NCBI GenBank assembly: GCA_044221725.1
Contig: JBGAON010000003.1
Span: 480,001-544,000, forward strand
Source: Elusimicrobiota bacterium
GTDB lineage: Bacteria > Elusimicrobiota > Elusimicrobia > F11
Length of the DNA stretch: 64,000 bases
Reading direction: 5' to 3'
Shown: piece by piece, positions 37,401 to 45,900 of the stretch
Numbering within the stretch: position 1 is the stretch's first letter
Layout: every line of letters begins with the position of its first letter
The notes under the pieces: model-generated
Told to the model about the DNA's origin: nothing
Seen by the model: the letters and a program-made list of their open reading frames with translations, nothing else
Database searches by the model: none
Made by a program: the position numbers and the translations under genes

Positions 37401-38864
37401 CGATGTGTCCATGGCGGTCGCTGTTAAAGAATAGGATCCGGTTTGCGACCAGGCGGAAAGCGGCGTCGTCAGTTGCCAAAATGCAAGACCGCTTGGCACG
37501 TTGTTGATCGGACCGGACACCCAGGAAACCGAGTTGTTGTTCCAGTACAATCCGTCGCTTAATCGCTTAATCGTGATGTTCACCTGCGACAGGCCCACGG
37601 CGTCCGCCGCGGATCCGGAAATTAGCGTCAATTGCGAACCGGTGTAGTCTCCACCGTTTGTGGGCGAGTATACGAGGATGGTGGGTGGGGTCGTATCTGC
37701 ACCGCCGCTGCCGGTCACGCTGAAATTGATAGCACCCGACGTCGCATTGTTGTTCGATGTATCCATCGCTTTTGCGGTCACCGTGTAGTTTCCGGTTTGC
37801 GACCACGCCGACATCGGCAGCGCCGTGCTCCAGTTGGACAACGGCGGCGTCGCAAAATTATCAACGGGGCCGGCGACCCAGGCGTTTGTATTGACGTTCC
37901 AATACAGATTGTCGGACAGCCGTTTTATTTGAAGCGTCACTTGCGATAACGCGACGTCATCGCTTGCTGAGCCGGATAAACTCGTCAATTGCGAAGCGGT
38001 GTAACTTCCACTGTTCGCTGGTGTGTACACCATGATGAGAGGTGACGTTGAATCGTTGCCGCCGCTGCTTGTGATGTTGAAATTTACGACAGCCGATATC
38101 GTTACATTGTTTGAAGTGTCTTTCGCTTTCGCCTTGAAAGTGTAGCTTCCGTTTTGTGTCCACGCTCCAATCGGCAGAGTGGTATTCCAGTTCGCGAGTC
38201 CATTCGCCACGTTGTCGATCGGGCCAACAACCCAATTGTTCGAACCCACGCTCCAATACAAATTGTCCGAAAGCCGTTTGATTTCAAAAGTGATTTGCGA
38301 CAGCGCAACGTTATCCGCGCCTGTTCCAGATATTCCCGTGAGTTGTGATGCGGTGTAACTGGCATTGTTTGCTGGCGTATAGACGTTTACTGTGGGCGGC
38401 GTGCTGTCGCCACCGCCACTGGTGATGCTGAAGTTGACGTTGCTCGATAGCGTGGCGTTGCTTGAAGTGTCGGTCGCCGTGGCGGTCAACGAGTAGTTCC
38501 CGACTTGAGACCACGCGGAAATTGGCATCGTGAGATTCCACGTTCCGAATGGTCCACTCGCAGAATTGTTCACCGGAGTCGATCCCCACGTGGAATTTCC
38601 AGAATTCCAAAACAAGTTGTCCGACAGGCGTTTAATTTTCACCGTGACAGAGGCCAACGCCACGTTGTCGTTTGCGTTACCGGAAATGCTCGTTAGTTGC
38701 GATGAGGTGTAACTGGCGTTGTTGGCTGGAGAGTACACGCTGATGGTGGGCGCAATTGTGTCGATCGCTGAAGCCAGTGCTGCAGAAAATAAAAACAATC
38801 CACCCAGAACAACCTTGGGCAGAATGCGTCCCCGAGCGATCCCCTCTTTGATTCGCATTTTCAT
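28491..38864 (-). CDS. Giant surface protein (3457 aa): 12 Ig-like repeats, FN3, carboxypeptidase-regulatory-like repeats, ZU5-like region, T9SS-like/FlgD CTD
   Basis: Signal peptide; DxxPPT...SG.A.D repeats; WASTGDDG FN3; C-terminus FNFPNPF...IYDIAGELVRTI...EWDGTNDHGTKVASGIY...KMAVLK. Confidence 0.88.
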   Translation of the reverse strand: MKMRIKEGIARGRILPKVVLGGLFLFSAALASAIDTIAPTISVYSPANNASYTSSQLTSISGNANDNVALASVTVKIKRLSDNLFWNSGNSTWGSTPVNNSASGPFGTWNLTMPISAWSQVGNYSLTATATDTSSNATLSSNVNFSITSGGGDSTPPTVNVYTPANNASYTASQLTGISGTGADNVALSQITFEIKRLSDNLYWSVGSNNWVVGPIDNVANGLANWNTTLPIGAWTQNGSYTFKAKAKDTSNNVTISAVVNFNITSSGGNDSTSPLIMVYTPANSGSYTASQLTSLSGSASDDVALSQVTLQIKRLSDNLYWNVNTNAWVAGPVDNFATPPLSNWSTALPMSAWSQTGNYTVTAKAMDTSNNNATSGAINFSVTGSGGADTTPPTILVYSPTNGGDYTGSQLTLISGSAADAVGLSQVNITIKRLSDGLYWNNNSVSWVSGPINNVPSGLAFWQLTTPLSAWSQTGSYSLTATAMDTSNNSQITPNINFTIGGGSGDSTAPTVQIDAPTNGSNPTISSLATISGTAADNVSVQNVQIMIQGPAGWWNSNGNYWSGAQQISNPATGTASWNFNGGAVTWSTGGLYTITVTATDASGNQASATSQITPVADVESTPPSVVIYYPSNAGTYTDSQLTLLSGNVSDNVGVSWAKVRITRLADNLDWNNNSNTWIAGPIFNNVTPGFWQFTMPVSAFSQSGNYAMSLTAADFSNNQGVQSANFSVSSGGGADFVYPTISIYFPTDGSTQAPASLVTMSGNANDDRSYVEASASILDVTINKYWDTAMADFNNLTENFLIMPNPNPWYFTSIPSNKWVSGHQYRLKAKARDGNNNISYAISNFTVNSAQAGDTVPPYVTITNPVDGSISDPTILTINGNAGDAVGLQMVEVSVKQLSTNLYYNGVGFNAGVQTYLPTNGMAYWTFSLPAAALTNGAYLLEARAKDTSNNTQSQTVTFTAQSAGGPVSDAILPTGAILVPANGASYTSASTLANLNGTAADNNQVSEVLVWMRDSSNNYFNGNSWTSATPVTQNVGTVSPWNWAVPINAWKNDTFTIFLQIRDGANNLTTVSNQFTVSGISGGGAADTVPPEIYVYNPADNANQTPYSFTTISGRAADAFGISNITLALKNTSTVMYYNGNAFASSTKYLLYPTFTNNGTGIDFSYTVPSSIYTNGGYALEVNATDQSGNLATKITNFTVYGAGAGAGDATPPTVSIYQPANNASYSPDQLTSISGNATDDTGVDHVDVRITRNSDGYTWDGGLWRSGDSFIRANGAASWAVTVPMAMWSAGTYIVTAKAKDIASKETQASHNITISGAAGGSNAPPTVAIYSLVNAQVYAPSNLTIISGSANDDQSVSKVQVDITDLNLNLHWAPTSQSWMSAAHFTDSNYMNNYWSYTNLPYWNNGHYQITVQAVDNAGLLSSPSVVDFFVSGATGGAGSDFTPPASIQNLTAASGQVQGSVNLSWASTGDDGNTGTATSVAIKYAPNPIITENDWMNAIDISAPPVNATPIIPAVAGTQRSITLNGLSAGVNYFFSVRARDEAFNTGGLSNSPSAVAFGGCSASAGDGEGTAIVSPASMPTSTDTNMTLTFTVGSRGILSGGKISVRVPDGWAYPQTYSSSMSGYVTATTSNQSVTLTLTANGQLIDIGVTGTLNQRDTITLNMKARSYTCDIQNNVPIRVLSQANACGLPTEIAASPTVNLVAGVANWLGFENYETFAQIGQVTTVKLQGKSTCGQLANLGSATNIQVTAVKWDNATYSYSADSTALISASSDMSAGASNKTVVFPSGQNTLSIYYQLQASDTQTRGLKISYLDLNSGSYSSENFMTVYPLVNGSVLSNISIDTGNTGTKTNVAMTPNGDGVDDSIFINYQVAQNISSTIEISKDNFTTILATLWGYGQNVRMAWNGTLYYPNTGNATSGNYQLRIKAAGATDTSLSFSIQSTGVQGTLKNKSNATPLQGVNINLYGPTYRSVQTLSDGTFEVGSLIPGQYAMHIEKQGFETKDITFSFDGTNQNLGNILIAPLARIIVNATRTNAFMDLWGSIRTKDNSIANTIATGANELWNTLHFAYGRTTGDNGFGTDQPSIYLKAGVSYTLRLELPGFTTAPLTYTLADGETYTWNVSLTPKKGLSGFVNLSNGVSNPYGYNVNIAAGIKDSNTNTFVNGYPTKWASAYIPVGESRVSYSLLDLDAGTYLVTFDVPGLSPQTITATIASADVTQDVTLDKGGQGTVNLDFAGNTTLLDSNDGSLDGKFQVRMRYTNGGSYGFQSIYVNTNASNTSYAATVLGLSNGTYDVFFDPLSGFSPIGAQPFKLTVASSIGSLNVGFAQDSGVLVGAVSCPVGSSLNSMYTYLYKDADYRSNPTISGNQFTFSNLSNGKYNLSVYDPASGASRNKDVFITNGKTTNVSIDLNAVSYYSIAGTVRTTAAPPYDSLANIAANSTNSLFHTTAGDQSVSSVRVQAQLLNPDGTTDPLPTIAGQILNPTKFKWGVINTTNGTYSIDGLEKGNSYLVSVNPDIDADGKPDLPLSSVIVSPIANVAQDFTIQKGGDIAVAVTTPDTETSYQLKVQLVDAALKKVIQEKSISVVGKSASVTFSNLRIGDYVLSIKDENTPAKYTAKPVVVNLLNASDTKSATLALSNAGLVQLTLANKFGTLVTSTNKDLLLPKNSTVRVTTRGQIINMELDSTDGKYKASILPNLDYDISIQPPASLSQDDQGKSFLPVLLHARIASGGEVVDLGVVTLKQGKLVSGTVVDENGATLPHIPVLAYQSLAKTISPLQTFTNDVGVFKFENLSSDAVRYYDFIANPLGNTDSNPLFTEAQSLSIDIKSDSQIANLSLALQSVKSSIKGQIVSSSNQSLVAGYGANADRPGVSILVTPRNQKKTYEFLSNPDGSFNLNIPTGRFDFDFIAKNHQPKRLANIVINGQVSDQGTISLVAGGANLSGKIRTTSNDLPTTTDIDDLRAVDSLKNTYRANLSKISYDTVENVDSYTFYGLQANTIYKIIALDKSGRAKVLKDSFEMPATDTSLDLSYAVSEPKLTANFILKIPEKSEISARFACNQKFRNKSDADNDLSQFVTISKGNGTLTGDSFSADRYGANYTYTLGNETGNDYVQFDASFNTDEINPKTGDNYNVSDSFKQPLGILAQQTNEVNCLVGADLSLPDGAGFSVPANACSNESLIMKMQSADDVTGINGQVSLSALHSPTRRRGIGAMAVASQLGAKAYPEGMYRAIKALEDSPSVNPFSSFYDIFLPAGVSHVFDRNNKPSLTLKYDESANPDLINVYYFNESQGVYTIENTNRRVDRTNHTITVEVGHASIFTVLESSVSIVHGGGYSGDLEIFNFPNPFDLNMKPVTLQDPGTSSASQSIQGTMIKISAPTTVSGSAKIEIYDIAGELVRTIDAGTITGGTHTYVEWDGTNDHGTKVASGIYLGHVTVGSEKRFIKMAVLK
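34540..38765 (-). repeat. Twelve ~118-aa Ig-like (Big-type) tandem domains within the 3457-aa gene
   Basis: Units start DTIAPT, DSTPPT, DSTSPL, DTTPPT, DSTAPT, ESTPPS, DFVYPT, DTVPPY, DAILPT, DTVPPE, DATPPT, SNAPPT; the first four are the most alike (KRLSD.L(Y/F)W). Confidence 0.85.
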
Positions 38865-38873
38865 GAACGATTA

Positions 38874-38907
38874 AGAGTAAGGGCAGGCGATGACAAAGCC
38901 GTGACAA
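38874..38907 (-). promoter_or_regulatory. Pho-box-like direct repeat plus -10
   Basis: Minus strand TTGTCAC-GGCT-TTGTCAT (7-4-7), exactly 10 nt, then TACTCT, 9 nt before the ATG at 38864. Confidence 0.55.
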
Positions 38908-38986
38908 TAATAAGAAGAAGTAAGGATTTTTGTGTTTCTAAAGATAACGGATTGGGTTGATTTTTAGAGGTGATTTTTGGAGGAAA

Positions 38987-39907
38987 TTAGAACTGCATTT
39001 TCGCGGCGTATCGGAACGTATTTCCGAGATCTCCGAACGGAATCCACGCGAAGTCGAAGTCAAATTGCTTGTATCCGAGGCCGGCTCCGACAGACATTCC
39101 GTTCGCGCCACCCGGGTCCGTGTTCGCCGAGTTATACCCGATGCGCCCCGCGTATCGAATTTTTCCGAAAATGGCGTTCCGCCATTCTGTTCCAAGTCCA
39201 AACTTTATGCCAGTGTCTCGAATGTGGCGCACGTCGCCGAGCACCAACAGTCGATCTTCGAGGAGGCGCACCGTGGCGCCACCATCCAACGTTAATGGAA
39301 GCGGATCCGATTCTTCTTGGAATTTAACCTTCGTTCCAAAATGCCGAATCGCGAAACCGACGGAAACCGGATGCTCCTCGAAACGTTTCAGAATGCCCAC
39401 ATCACCGGCCCACGCACTGGCGGAGGTGCTGTCAATCTGTTCGCGGATCCAGCGCATGTTCCCGCCAATGCCGAAGGTTTCCCCAAGCGAGTGTCCATAC
39501 GAAATGGTGTAAGCCGCATCCTGATTTTCAAACGTACCGCTTGATGATTCGTCGACGTCGCGACGAGTTAACGCGTCGGTTTGTAACGTGGCGATGGAGA
39601 GACCCACCGTTCCGTGTTTCGTCGGTTGCACGTAGGCACCAAAATTGTAATTGAGCCCCTGAAAATATTGGGTGTGCATCGCCATAATTTCCGCTTTTTG
39701 CAAAAGTCCGAGACCGCCCGGGTTGTAATAGAGGGCATTGACGTCGTCAGCAGCGCCTACAAACGCGTCGCCGAGCGCGGTCGGCCGAGCGCCGGCACCG
39801 ATTTTTAGAAACTGAGCACCGGAAGTCCCCGCCTTTTTCCCGCTCGCATAAACATTGCTGATGGCGAACAGCAGCACCGGGAATATCAAAAACCTCGACC
39901 GGATCAC
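38987..39907 (-). CDS. PorV/PorQ-family outer-membrane beta-barrel (cassette 4)
   Basis: GTSGAQFLKIGAGARPTALGDAFVGAADDVNALYYNPGG; ends DFAWIPFGDLGNTFRYAAKMQF. GTG start at 39907 overlaps the upstream TGA. Confidence 0.88.
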   Translation of the reverse strand: MIRSRFLIFPVLLFAISNVYASGKKAGTSGAQFLKIGAGARPTALGDAFVGAADDVNALYYNPGGLGLLQKAEIMAMHTQYFQGLNYNFGAYVQPTKHGTVGLSIATLQTDALTRRDVDESSSGTFENQDAAYTISYGHSLGETFGIGGNMRWIREQIDSTSASAWAGDVGILKRFEEHPVSVGFAIRHFGTKVKFQEESDPLPLTLDGGATVRLLEDRLLVLGDVRHIRDTGIKFGLGTEWRNAIFGKIRYAGRIGYNSANTDPGGANGMSVGAGLGYKQFDFDFAWIPFGDLGNTFRYAAKMQF

Positions 39908-42900
39908 TTCAGCACCGCCATTTTGAAAAATTTCTCGTTCCCGCCATCGACCGTGAATCGGCCGATGTAGGTGCCGGACGCCACCGGTTCGTCGTGATCG
40001 TTTCGTCCGTCCCATTCGAGATAGTTGTGAGCTCCGCTTGTGAGAGGTGTGTGCAGCGTTCGGACCAATTCCCCCGCCACATCAAAAATTTGGATTTGCG
40101 CGGTTCCGGCGATTGTTGTTGGAATGCTCATCTTCAACATCGTGCCGTTGATCGACTGAGATGCGCTGGCCGTGCCCGGGTTTTGCAACGTGACCGTCTT
40201 TTGTTTCAGATTAAAAGGATTCGGGAAATTAATGATGGCAAGTTCTCCCGTGTATCCGCCGCCGGTAATAATCGATGCGCTTGAACCGAGAATCGTGAAC
40301 ACCGACGCGTGCGCGATATCGGCGCACACGCGCGTGTTGTCGGTGTCGACCGCTTTGTTCGTGCTCTCGAGCACGTACTCGTTCGTGGCGCTGTTGTAGT
40401 AGTAGATGTTTAAGACCGAAGGGTCCGGCACGCTCGAATCGTAGGTAAGACAAATTCGTGCGCTCTTGCCTTCCGGAAAGAAATGGCTTACGCCCGCGGG
40501 CAAGAACACGTCATAGAACGAACTGAGTGGTGATACATCGAGTGTTTTGAGGCGTGACATGGCCGCTGCCATTTCGGACGGATAGGACTTCATACCAAGT
40601 CTTCCGGCCACGTCCAGCGCACCAAGCCGAGAGCCGCGCAACGCCGACGATGACAATGCGCTTTGTGTCGCGGCCGCTTTGAGAACCACATCGGCCGTGG
40701 CCGTGTCATCGTCTCCAAGAAATCCTGCCGACGCCGTGAAGCTCGAACCGTCGTTCGCCTGAGAAAGGTCGACCTTCCCGCCGTTCGCGTTCGTCAATGT
40801 CACTGTGTTTTGGCGCGCAATCCCAACGAAGAAAGTGAAGGGACCGTTAATGGTGTGATTGGTACCCGTTTTATCGTCTACAGAAACGAACGTACCATGA
40901 ACCGTAATGACAAAAGAAGAATCGCCTGCGCCCGGCGTGTACGTGGCTTGCGCTTGTCTCCGATCCGATGAAATTGTCGGAGCCGAAAGTGTTCCTGCGC
41001 CAGTCGTGAGCGTGAACAGTTCGTTGTCATCTTTGACGCCGTTGCTGTCGAGATCGGTGTCTGAATTCCTCAATGTGTCATCAAATTTATAGATGATCGT
41101 AAACGTGCCATCGTTATTCCTTATTGATTGTGCGAGACCGCCCGGCGTCGGTGTTTGGAACGTGAGATCCAGTGACGTGTCGCTCTTCAACGTTACATTC
41201 GTCGCGAGACTAATAATCGTGTTCGAATCATCGAAACCGACAATCGTGTAGGCTTTGTTCGGCTGCATACCAGCAATGGCATAGGAAAGGAGATTTCCGG
41301 AGGCATCGTTCACCATTTTTGCAATGGAAATCTCGTTAAAGTTGTCTCGTACGGCCAAAACGCTCTCGAGCTCTTTTTGGCTGACCGAATCTCCGTTCGA
41401 TTTCGTAATTTTTCCTGACAGCGTGTACCCGGCCGGAAGGGTGAGCGTTCCGAGATCCACGGCCTGGTTTGGTGCGACGGTGACGTTCCGTTTCGCCACG
41501 CTGCCGTAACCGCGTGAAAGAATGAACAGGTCATAAACGCCGGCCGCGAGACCCGTTACATTCATTTGACCGTCGCCCGAAACCGCGTCAAACAAATCGC
41601 CGAGAGGGTTGTCTTGCGGTTTGTCGGGAAGGTGATTTAGGATTACGTAGGCCCCCGGAAGATTGTCGTCGCCTTCCTCGCCAAACGGAACCAACATTTG
41701 GCCGCCATCAGAAGTCCCCACGTGCGCGGTAATTTTGCTTGTAGCGGGTTGAAGAGTGAAATCCACGTTCGTGATGTTCTGAGTGTCGATGGGACCGCGG
41801 ATAACTTGTCCGTAGCGGCCCAGTCCTGTGTCGCCGATGTAGCGTGTATCAAACGGATCGGGGCGTCTCGCGGCCGTGAACAAATAGTAGCGCTCGTCGG
41901 CTGAATCGATTCCGTGAAACGCATACTTGCCGCTGTCATTCGTGAACGTTTCGAGATTGTTGTCATCGTTGTGACCGTTGCGGCGCGCGCCCTGCGCCGT
42001 GATACGAACGTTTGGAACCGGGTTCCCAGATGAGTCCCGAACGGTGCCCGTAATTTGAATTCCTTCGTCCAGTGAAATAAAGCCCAGATCCTTCGTTTCT
42101 CCTTCGGAAACAGTGATTCCGCTTTTTGTAATTGGCACGAACTGCTTTTTGCCGGCCGCGATATCGGCCTCGGTTGGCGGCGCAAACGCGCGAACCAATA
42201 TATCGTAGGTGCCCGGGTTAACCGCCACGTTGAAATAACCGTTGCTATCAATGAGCGGCATCTGCGATGAGCCATAGCCGCCCGGAATTTGGGGGTTGCT
42301 GCGCGCTTCCACATGCAGATCGGTTGTGAAATACTGCGAATAGTTGGACGCCGATATTACAACGCCGGATTTTTTAATTTGGAATCGTCCTTTGATGAGC
42401 CCGGAATTAACCAGTTGGATTTCCTTGTTTGTGAGATCGGAGGCCAGGACGGTAACGGATTGATCTTTTGAAGAATATTTTTGCGGATAACTATCGCGAA
42501 CCGTGAGAACATAATTCCCGGGGCGAACTTTGTCGAGCGAGTAACCAACCGAGTTGCCGGTCAAATTGACCGTGTTTTGCGTCAGGAGATTTCCGTTGCT
42601 GTCCATGAGCATCACGTTCAATTGGCGTCCCGTCTCGGTCTGGCCGCCGCCCAATCGAACGGTGCCGCTCACTTTGTAACCGTCGGAGACCGTCATGTCT
42701 TTGCCTATGAGATTTTGATTTGAAATGTACGCGATGATTTGTGTTTCGCTGACCTCGTTGTGGTCCGATAAATCGCCATCAATTTCACCGTTCGTGGTAA
42801 GGCGATAGGAGCCGGGAGCAAGTCCACTGATGGTGTAATCCCCATTCGCATCATAGAAACCAACGAACGTTTCTTTTGGATCGTAAAAGATTGAATTTGC

Positions 42901-45900
42901 GTTTCCGTTGGAACGGGGATTGAAGTTTCGTCCACGCAGTTGAGTGGCAACAACGCGATTTGCATTTAGGGTCCCTTGCCCGGATGGCGTTTGAGTTTGG
43001 GTCGGCGTGGAGCTATTAACGATATAGGAGATTGTGTACGGATTGCTGGCGGTGGATGTCACGCGTCCGGAAATCGAATAGGTTTGGCCGGAAAGGTCCA
43101 GATCACGTTTCGTCGTTTGACCGTTCGTGATTTGCACGCTCTGGCTCACCACGAGTTTCGTGAACGGATAACGTGCCCGCACCGTGTAGAAGTCCGTTCC
43201 TAGTCCGCTGATCTCATAGTTACCGCTGCCGTCCGGTGTGGCGGTCGGACGCTGACCAAAATTATTGAATCCGAGCGCTTCAATTTCAACGGTGCCGTAA
43301 TCACTCCTTCCGGACGGCAATGTGATTTTTCCCGAAATCTTTCCAGAGAATTGCTCCAGCATGAGATTGACCGATCCGCTTCCCCCGGAAACGATGATCG
43401 AGGGCCCGCTTGGCGGATTTAATCCGAAGCCGGGTTCGTAAATGAACATGTTGTAAGTGCCGTCTTCGAGACCTTTTATTTGGAAGCCCCCATTTGTTTG
43501 CGTTGCGTTCGTGGGAAGTTGAATCTGTGTGTAATTTCCGAAACCACTTGCAGGCGAAAAAATGTTGATTGGGACACTAAACAAACCGTCGGAAGTCCCG
43601 TCGAGCGAATCGAGAATCGTTGAATCGCCTTTCACCGTGAGTGTCCCTGTTACTGTTCCACCTTGGCTCAATGTGGGAAAGTCAGCGGCTGGGAATGTCA
43701 CGTCGCTTCCGGTCACGGTCACGTTAATCTTCTTGCGAATAAAACCTTGTGCCCATGTCGAAAGCACGTAGGTTCCATTGGCCAATCCGAAAATGCGATA
43801 GGTCCCGTTCACGTCGCCCGGAGGGATATAAACACCGCCATAAATTCTTTTTGAGAAATCGTTGTCATCGGGATTCAAGTCGGAGTTCGCATCCATAGCG
43901 GCTTCGACGGACACCCAAAGCCCTTGGGCATTGGAGCCGGTCGGCAACGTGATTTTTCCTTCGACGGTGGGTTGGCGAACCAACGTGCGTGTCATGTGCG
44001 TTACGCCGGTCCCAGGGAGCGTGATATTAAACGTATCCAGCGCGTGGCTGGGTACTTCCAAGGTGACTTTGTAGGCGACACTCGGTTCAAGGTAAAGATC
44101 CGTGAACGAGGTCGGAGTGACATTGTAATCATCGCCAGCGTCGGAGACTGTTTTTCCCGAGCGGAAACGAACGGTTCCGTACGCTTGCTTCGAGTAATCC
44201 GAATTGTTGGCGCGTGCGTTACCGGTGATATCCGGAAGAGCCGCATTCGCTGGACGCGTTACCGATAAGCGCAATATAGCGGCTTGCGTCAGCGTGATGG
44301 TCGGCACGGTCGCAATGACGCCGTCTGTTACGGTAACGGTTGTTTCCTTATATATGTATCCGGATTTGAAAAACCGAAGAGTGTAGTTGCCGGCGCCAAT
44401 TCCGTAAATCGTGTAGTTGCCCGATGGAAGCGTGCGTGTGTAACGGTTCGTTGGTCCGTACATCTGTACGTCGACGGCATCGGGATTAACGGCTGAAATT
44501 GTTCCTTGCACGCCCGCCGATTGGAGCGTGACCGCACACGTTTCGTCTTTTATGGAAGAGCCGACCAAGATGCGAACCGCGTACGTGGCCGGTTGGGCGA
44601 TGCTGGGCGGCGATCCTGGCAGCGGGTCCGCAAATCCGTCCCAGCTGGTTCGAATGCTGGTTCCGTATCCGTACACCGTTTTTGCGATCGTAACGAAATT
44701 GTCGCTTGAGAAGAAAACGCGCCACGACAGATCTTGCGGCAGTGTGAAATTGATATAGGCGCGTTCGTTTTTGCCCGGATCAAATGTGACGCTTTTTTGT
44801 GTGGCGAGATAGGTTCCCTTGTCGACGGAGCTGTTCGTAATTCCGCCGTTGATGGGGTGGACGTTCGCCATATAGTTCGAATTTCCGAACACCGATTGCA
44901 GTTGAACGTATTTCTGTTCGTTGGCGGCCACATTGTTCGTGCGGTAGTGGTACGTCTTCCGGGTTGCCGGGGGCGACAGGCTGTCCGACAGGCTAATCGC
45001 GCTTGGCGAAAACGCTGCGTTCGTGGAAAGTTCGGCGGTTGTATCCGACGTTTGTCCTCCACCGATATATCTGACAGCGCTAAGGTTGATTGAAATCGGG
45101 TTAGCGGCGGCCACGTTATTTCCGCAGCCATCTTTCACCGCAATATCGAACGCGGCGTCGGTGTTTAGCGGTGTCACAATCTCAAAGGGTTCGAAATTCA
45201 AAAATGTGGGTTGGCCTGAGTTAAGAACCATGCTTCCATTGAAAGATGACAGCGCGACATCGGTACCGCAGGTTTGATAACGCGATGAGACGCGGAATGT
45301 GGTTGTTGTCGGCGTTTGGCACGTTTGTGCCGCGTAAAAGATTTTTACGACGTCACCGGAATTTAATTGACCGCTAATGACCGTCAAAATTATTTTTTGT
45401 CCGTTAAGCGAGAGTTGCAAAGTGGCGGTGCCGCTCGTTGTGGCCCACGAGACAAGACCAGGGAAACTGTACCCCGATCCGGTGGCCGTGCTCGGCGCGG
45501 CATAAAAGTCTGGAATCTGCATGACAATGCGGCCGCCCAACTGGATTCCGGCCAAAGCAACGGTGTAGGTCATCGTCGTTTGCACAAGCTGCCCAATGTG
45601 CATCGTAAGCGGCGCCAATACGGCCGAGCCCGCTCCGTCGTTTGCGTTCAGTCCGCACGGCGGCCGCGCCTGCACGGTAGTTCCATTCGATAGAGTGGAA
45701 CGGTTGCCGCTAGAATCCTCGCATTTGATTGAAAATGAGTAGTCCGCCCCCGGTTGTAGATTGGTCAGGTTGAAGGTTGCTTCGGTGGATCCTGGGGTGG
45801 AAGGATTGGGCGCAGCCAAATTCAGCGGAGGTTCTTCGATGCGCTGAGCGGCGGAAAATTCTGAATCCGTGGATATCGGTGTGCTGTTCGTGCGGTACTT

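Noticed and set aside
28491..40520. Similar 3' ends of the two giant genes as a DGR template/variable repeat pair
   Set aside because: Differences are spread over all bases and largely synonymous or conservative; both copies are coding; no reverse transcriptase is present in the window.
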